A stretch of DNA of 32,997 nucleotides from assembly GCA_035286865.1 (NCBI GenBank), contig DATECO010000170.1, forward strand, positions 1-32,997, given 5' to 3'. The DNA is from Nitrospiria bacterium (lineage in GTDB: Bacteria; Nitrospirota; Nitrospiria; DATECO01). The notes below the pieces were generated by a model, which did no database searches, was not told the origin of the DNA, and worked only from the letters and a program-made list of their open reading frames with translations. Within the stretch, counting starts at the first letter, position 1. Each line of letters opens with the position of its first letter. This document shows, one piece after another, positions 28,232 through 32,997 of the stretch. Position numbers and translations under genes: made by a program.

Positions 28232-29443
28232 GTGCAGCGTATCCGTGGTGGAATCACCTCTGTGCCGGGCTTCCTGGCCTCCGGAATCCATGCCGGGATC
28301 AAGAAGGATGGAAGGCTGGATCTTGCCCTAATCTATTCCGAGCAGGAATGTGCCCTCTCCGCCGTGATGACCCGAAATCGCTTCAAGGCGGCACCCCTCC
28401 TGCTAGACATTCAACACCTCAAGACACCTAAGGGTCACGCGGTAATCATCAATAGTGGCAATGCGAATGCCTGCACTGGGCGGCAAGGATATCAGGATGC
28501 CTTGGAAATGGCCAGGCTCACCGCGATGGCGTTGGGGATTGCACGCCGGCGCGTCTGTGTAGCCTCCACAGGGGTGATCGGCCAGCCTTTGCCGATGGAT
28601 CGAATCCGGAGGGCGATCCCCCTGGCTGTAAAGGGCCTGAACCGCCGGGGTGGATTGAGAGCGGCCCAGGCCATCATGACCACAGATACCTTTCCCAAGA
28701 CGCTCTGCCTGGAAACCCGCTTGCTGGGACGCAGGGTCCGCATCGCCGGGATGGCCAAGGGCGCCGGGATGATTCATCCCCGCATGGCCACACTATTGGC
28801 TTTCGTTGTGACCGATGCCAAGATTTCCGCTGGACTGCTACGGCTGGCCCTCCGGAAGGCCACAGATCGCTCCTTTAACATGATCACGGTGGATGGGGAC
28901 ACCAGCACGAACGATATGGTGCTTTGTCTTGCAAATGGAAGGGCCATGAATGAACCGATCCGGCGCCACTCACAGGCATTTGACCAATTTACCCATTGTC
29001 TCACTATCCTGTGTACCGATCTGGCCAAGTTGATCGCGAGGGACGGGGAAGGAGCCACCAAGTTGATTGAGATCAATGTCCTGCGAGCGCAAGACCCCCA
29101 GCAGGCCAAGGGCATTGCCTTTGCTGTGGCACAGTCCAGCCTGGTGAAGACCGCCTTTTTCGGGGAGGATCCCAACTGGGGGCGGATCATGGCGGCCATT
29201 GGGGCCTCTGCCGATGGATCCCGCATCCGACAGGACAGGATCGATATCTATTATGGTGAAATCCGGGTCACCCATAATGGGACCGGGTGTGGAAAGGGGG
29301 CCGAAGCCAGGGCCAGGGCCTATCTGAAGCGAGACGAAGTCTGCCTGACCATCAACCTTAAAAACGGAAAAGAGGCTGCCCGAATCTGGACCGCCGATCT
29401 CTCACCGGAATATGCCCGAATCAACGCCTCCTACCGCGCCTGA
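28232..29443 (+). CDS. argJ: Bifunctional ornithine acetyltransferase / N-acetylglutamate synthase
   Basis: 403 aa. GITSVPGFLASGIHAGIKK and self-cleavage site context HPRMATLLAFVVTDA. GTG start. Confidence 0.95.
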   Translation: MQRIRGGITSVPGFLASGIHAGIKKDGRLDLALIYSEQECALSAVMTRNRFKAAPLLLDIQHLKTPKGHAVIINSGNANACTGRQGYQDALEMARLTAMALGIARRRVCVASTGVIGQPLPMDRIRRAIPLAVKGLNRRGGLRAAQAIMTTDTFPKTLCLETRLLGRRVRIAGMAKGAGMIHPRMATLLAFVVTDAKISAGLLRLALRKATDRSFNMITVDGDTSTNDMVLCLANGRAMNEPIRRHSQAFDQFTHCLTILCTDLAKLIARDGEGATKLIEINVLRAQDPQQAKGIAFAVAQSSLVKTAFFGEDPNWGRIMAAIGASADGSRIRQDRIDIYYGEIRVTHNGTGCGKGAEARARAYLKRDEVCLTINLKNGKEAARIWTADLSPEYARINASYRA

Positions 29444-29445
29444 TG

Positions 29446-29474
29446 TTGCAAAAGTTGATCGAGTATGCTATGGT
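29446..29474 (+). promoter_or_regulatory. Possible extended -10 promoter TTGCAA-N17-(TGc)TATGGT for rpsB-tsf-pyrH-frr
   Basis: -35 at 29446-29451 and -10 at 29469-29474 with TG at 29466-29467. This leaves a leader of about 130 nt before rpsB. Confidence 0.4.
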
Positions 29475-29607
29475 TTTGAAACTTAAGCTTTAAATCACAC
29501 ACGCCCACAGATGCCGGAAGGGGTGTTCCTCGCCGCCTGCTGCGGATAGAGGGATGTTTCCGGGAGAAGATGGGGGCGGAGGCAGGAACCCAGAAGGAGG
29601 AATATCC

Positions 29608-30375
29608 ATGTCAGTGATTTTGATCAAGGAATTACTGGAGGCGGGGGTCCATTTTGGTCATCAGACCAAACGCTGGAACCCCAAGATGAAGAGGTATATC
29701 TTTGGAGAGCGAAACGGCATCTATATCATCGATCTCCAGAAGACGGTGAAAAAGTTTCAGTTGGCCTACGATTTTACTAAAAGCACGGCCGCCGAGGGGC
29801 AAGCCATCCTTTTTGTGGGGACAAAGCGCCAGGCCCAGGAGATCATCGAGGAAGAGGCCAAACGCTGTGGGATGTTTTATGTGACCCACCGATGGCTGGG
29901 GGGCATGCTCACCAATTTTCAGACGATCCGCAAGAGCATCGAGAAGCTCAAGAAACTGGAGGCTGGCCGAATCGATGGGACCTTCGAACGGCTCCCCAAA
30001 AAAGAGGTCATCAAGCTTGAAAAGGAACGCGAACAGTTGGAAAAAAACCTGGGGGGAATCAAGGAGATGACCAACCTTCCGGGGGCCGTTTATGTGGTGG
30101 ACACCCGGGTGGAGCGGACCGCAGTGCTTGAGGCCAGACGGCTCATGATCCCGATTGTGGCGATTGTGGACACGAATTGTGACCCGGAGGAGATCAACTA
30201 TCCCATCCCGGGCAATGATGATGCCCTCCGGGCCATCAAACTGATTACCGCGAAGATTGCAGATGCAGTGATCGAGGGGCGGCAGCGCCCCAGCCAGCAG
30301 GTCGAGACTATGGCCGATCTTAAACAGGCCTTCCCGGAGGTCGAGGCTGTAACCGGAAACACGCAACCCTCCTAA
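29608..30375 (+). CDS. rpsB: 30S ribosomal protein S2
   Basis: [30 protein letters not shown] 29608 is preceded by GAAGGAGGAATATCC. The track's upstream extension (29554) is implausible. Confidence 0.96.
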   Translation: MSVILIKELLEAGVHFGHQTKRWNPKMKRYIFGERNGIYIIDLQKTVKKFQLAYDFTKSTAAEGQAILFVGTKRQAQEIIEEEAKRCGMFYVTHRWLGGMLTNFQTIRKSIEKLKKLEAGRIDGTFERLPKKEVIKLEKEREQLEKNLGGIKEMTNLPGAVYVVDTRVERTAVLEARRLMIPIVAIVDTNCDPEEINYPIPGNDDALRAIKLITAKIADAVIEGRQRPSQQVETMADLKQAFPEVEAVTGNTQPS

Positions 30376-30400
30376 CAGACTAAAGAGGAGTGATCACGCA

Positions 30401-31006
30401 GTGGCTGTGGATACTGCCCTGGTCAGAGAGCTCAGAGAGCGGACCGGAGCCGGTATTATGGAATGTAAGCAGGCCCTGGCCCAGTCCCAAGGAGATTTAG
30501 ACAAGGCAGCGGACTTTCTCCGGCAAAAGGGAATGACCCTGGCGGCTCAAAAGGCCGCCAGGACGACCACGGAGGGGCTCATCTGGGCCTACATCCATCA
30601 GGGGGGTAAGATCGGTATCCTAGTGGAGGTGAACTGTGAGACTGATTTTGTGGCCAGGAACCCTGAATTCCAGGACTTGGTGAAGGACCTGGCCCTTCAG
30701 ATTGCCGGTGCCGATCCCCCAGCCCACTATGTCTATAGAGAGGATATCCCCGCACCCGTCCTGGAAAAGGAAAGAGAGATCTTTTATGCACAGGCCAGGG
30801 CCCTTGGAAAACCAGACAAGGTGTTAGAGCAGATTGTCCAGGGCAAGATCGAGAAATTTTATACAGAGAGCTGCCTGTGGGAACAGCCCTTTATCAAAGA
30901 CCCGGAGATGAAGGTCCGCGATCTTGTCAGCCAGAAGATTGCCAAAATGGGTGAGAACATCCACATCCGACGATTTACTAGATACCAGCTGGGTAAAGGA
31001 GCCTAA
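30401..31006 (+). CDS. tsf: Elongation factor Ts (short form)
   Basis: 201 aa. [23 protein letters not shown]-like N-domain. GTG start. Confidence 0.93.
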   Translation: MAVDTALVRELRERTGAGIMECKQALAQSQGDLDKAADFLRQKGMTLAAQKAARTTTEGLIWAYIHQGGKIGILVEVNCETDFVARNPEFQDLVKDLALQIAGADPPAHYVYREDIPAPVLEKEREIFYAQARALGKPDKVLEQIVQGKIEKFYTESCLWEQPFIKDPEMKVRDLVSQKIAKMGENIHIRRFTRYQLGKGA

Positions 31007-31013
31007 TCATCCC

Positions 31014-31727
31014 ATGACGCAGCAAAGCTATAAGAGAATTCTTTTAAAAATCAGTGGGGAGGTGTTGGCCGGTGAGCGGGGTTACGGCATAGAACCCCAG
31101 GTGATGGACTTTATCGCGGATGAAATAAAAGATATCCAGGACCTCGGGGTGGAGGCCGCGGTGGTTATCGGGGGAGGCAATATCTTCCGAGGTATTGCGG
31201 CAACTACGAGTGGTTTTGAGCGGACCACGGCCGATTACATGGGGATGGTGGCCACGGTCTTGAACGCCCTGGCGCTTCAAAATTTTCTAGAACAAAAGGG
31301 GATCATGACGCGGGTCCAGTCCGCCATCGAGATGAAGGCCTTGGCCGAGGGTTATATCCGCCGCCGGGCCATTAGGCATCTTGAAAAGAAACGGGTGGTG
31401 ATCTTTGCGGCAGGGACAGGCAATCCCTACTTTTCGACTGATACGGCGGCTGCACTGCGGGCCATGGAGATCGGTGCCCAGGTGATCCTTAAGGGGACAA
31501 AGGTGGATGGCGTCTTTGAGAAAGACCCCTTAATCGATCCGAGGGCCAAAAAATTTGATCGGCTCACATTTTTTGAGGTGATCGAAAAGGGCCTCAAGGT
31601 GATGGACGCCACGGCCGTGACCCTCTGCATGGATAACAACCTCCCCATTATCGTCTTTAATCTCAAAGAAAAAGGGAATATTAAACGCATATTGCAGGGT
31701 GAAAAAATTGGAACCCTGGTTTCATAA
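31014..31727 (+). CDS. pyrH: UMP kinase
   Basis: [18 protein letters not shown]...[13 protein letters not shown] 31014 lies just after the tsf stop. The track's longer form overlaps tsf. Confidence 0.95.
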   Translation: MTQQSYKRILLKISGEVLAGERGYGIEPQVMDFIADEIKDIQDLGVEAAVVIGGGNIFRGIAATTSGFERTTADYMGMVATVLNALALQNFLEQKGIMTRVQSAIEMKALAEGYIRRRAIRHLEKKRVVIFAAGTGNPYFSTDTAAALRAMEIGAQVILKGTKVDGVFEKDPLIDPRAKKFDRLTFFEVIEKGLKVMDATAVTLCMDNNLPIIVFNLKEKGNIKRILQGEKIGTLVS

Positions 31728-31750
31728 GATCACGAATGTATTGAGCGCAG

Positions 31751-32308
31751 ATGTTAAGCGAACTTAAAACTAAGGCGCGAGAAAAAATGGATCAGGTCTT
31801 AGAGCACCTGCGCAGGGATCTTGCCGGGGTGAGAACCGGTCGGGCCTCCCTCGCACTGCTCGATAGCATCCAGGTGAGCTATTATGGTTCCCCTACTCCC
31901 CTCAAGCAGGTTGCAGCCCTAGCCGTTCCCGATCCCCGTCTCATCACGATCCAGCCGTGGGAGGTGAGTTTGATCCCGGAGATCGAAAAGGCGATCACCA
32001 CTTCCAACCTGGGCCTGAATCCCACCAATGACGGAAAACTGATCCGCCTGACCATTCCATCCCTGACCGAAGAGCGGCGCAAGGAACTGGTCAAGCAGGT
32101 CAAAAAGATAGGTGAGGACACGAAGGTCCGGATTCGCAACGTCCGACGAGACACCAATGAGGAGATCAAAAAATTCTTGAAGGATTCCAAGATTTCAGAG
32201 GATGATCAGCGAAAGGGCCAGGATGAAATTCAGAAGACCACGGATCAATACATTACAAAAATTGATGAGATGATCAAGAAAAAAGAGGCAGAGGTCTTGG
32301 AAGTTTAA
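31751..32308 (+). CDS. frr: Ribosome recycling factor
   Basis: 185 aa. Canonical RRF length and pattern (LDSIQVSYYGSPTPLKQVA...IRNVRRD). Confidence 0.96.
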   Translation: MLSELKTKAREKMDQVLEHLRRDLAGVRTGRASLALLDSIQVSYYGSPTPLKQVAALAVPDPRLITIQPWEVSLIPEIEKAITTSNLGLNPTNDGKLIRLTIPSLTEERRKELVKQVKKIGEDTKVRIRNVRRDTNEEIKKFLKDSKISEDDQRKGQDEIQKTTDQYITKIDEMIKKKEAEVLEV

Positions 32309-32320
32309 GAGGAAAAGTCT

Positions 32321-32737
32321 TTGCTCACTACCATACGGCACCTCCTGAAAAATGGATTGATCTTCTACCTGGTTTTGTGTTCCCTGCTTCTCGGCTTTTT
32401 CACCTCTGACAGCATGGCCATTCTCATCCCTTCCGTACTCCCCGGGGCCCAGGGAAGTTCGGTAACCCATCGGCAGAGTGAACTTGAGCGGATCCAGGTC
32501 CTCTTGGAGTCCAAGCTCATCAGCCAACGGTTAAGTGATTTAGGTCTCACCGTTGATGAAATACAGGCGAGGCTGGCCCAACTGACGGATGATAAAATCC
32601 ATCAAATTGCCCAGCGTCTGGATAGTCTCCTAATTGGCGGGGATGCACTGGGAATCGTCATCGCCCTCCTGGTTGTTGCGATCCTGGTGGTCATTTTTCT
32701 CCAGATCACCGGGCACAAAATCATCGTCACCAAATAA
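32321..32737 (+). CDS. Small bitopic membrane protein, PA2779-like
   Basis: 138 aa. N-terminal signal/TM, helical middle, and C-terminal TM GIVIALLVVAILVVIFLQI. Paired with a downstream C39-like peptidase, as in the PA2779/PA2778 gene pair. The family assignment is from memory only. Confidence 0.45.
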   Translation: MLTTIRHLLKNGLIFYLVLCSLLLGFFTSDSMAILIPSVLPGAQGSSVTHRQSELERIQVLLESKLISQRLSDLGLTVDEIQARLAQLTDDKIHQIAQRLDSLLIGGDALGIVIALLVVAILVVIFLQITGHKIIVTK

Positions 32738-32759
32738 ACCACAGCACAGAATGGCCCCA

Positions 32760-32997
32760 TGACCCTTTCACGGTCCACCATGAGTGGTCTTGCCCTTTGG
32801 ACTTTATTTCAGATATCGGGTTGTTCGCATACCTACCCGATAGACCTGGCTGGGAGATTGGGAGAGAGATCATTGTATGTGGAGGGCGTTCCCTTTTATC
32901 CCCAGAAAGAGTATCAATGCGGCCCTGCGTCACTGGCGGCGGTCCTCAATTATTTTGGACAAGCGGTTTCGCCCGAGGAGATTGCCGAGGCCATTTA
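32760..32997 (+). CDS. Lipoprotein cysteine peptidase, C39-like (PA2778-like), N-terminal fragment running off the right edge
   Basis: Not in the track because it is open at the window end. Translation: MTLSRSTMSGLALWTLFQISGCSHTYP...VPFYPQKEYQCGPASLAAVLNYFGQAVSPEEIAEAI. It has a lipobox (ISGC) and the catalytic-Cys motif YQCGPASLA of papain-like C39/BtrH-type peptidases. Confidence 0.6.

Noticed and set aside
27589-28302. 237-aa minus-strand ORF spanning the argC 3' end and the argC-argJ spacer
   Set aside because: It is antisense to argC with Pro/Arg/Gly-rich composition, and it is extended only because the GC-rich spacer lacks stops. No motif found.
29632-30366. 244-aa minus-strand ORF covering rpsB
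   Set aside because: It is a perfect antisense shadow of ribosomal protein S2.

Overview
The window is mostly core bacterial chromosome, densely packed into three strand blocks. Block 1 (1-12263, minus strand) holds trmFO (partial), topA, dprA, an RNase E/G-family gene, rodA, mrdA, mreD, mreC, mreB and a small RDD-family membrane protein. A lone plus-strand SurA-N/PpiD-like gene follows at 12453-13157. Block 2 (13201-23300, minus strand) runs thiS-thiG-thiE, then a complete Pup-proteasome locus (arc/mpa, dop, pup, prcB, prcA, pafA), then an M23 peptidase and an orphan 188-aa gene. Block 3 (23616-32997, plus strand) holds two paralogous DUF151 'bifunctional nuclease' genes flanking a JAMM/MPN+ metalloprotease-like gene, an exported hypothetical, rplM-rpsI, argC-argJ, rpsB-tsf-pyrH-frr, and a PA2779-like/PA2778-like pair cut off at the right edge. 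I found no rRNA, tRNA, CRISPR array or mobile element. A Pup-proteasome system in a non-actinobacterial-looking gene context suggests a Nitrospirota-like organism, but that is inference only. Four things deserve a second look: (1) the translationally coupled DUF151-JAMM-DUF151 cassette; (2) a ThiS whose reading frame continues two residues (Ile-Leu) past the Gly-Gly terminus, divergently placed next to that JAMM gene; (3) a dyad-symmetric array of 7-nt-phased CGTT/AACG repeats filling an unusually long dop-pup spacer; (4) several GC-rich palindromic spacers, in argC-argJ and the mreB leader. All functional calls come from motifs I recognised by eye in the supplied translations. No database search was run.
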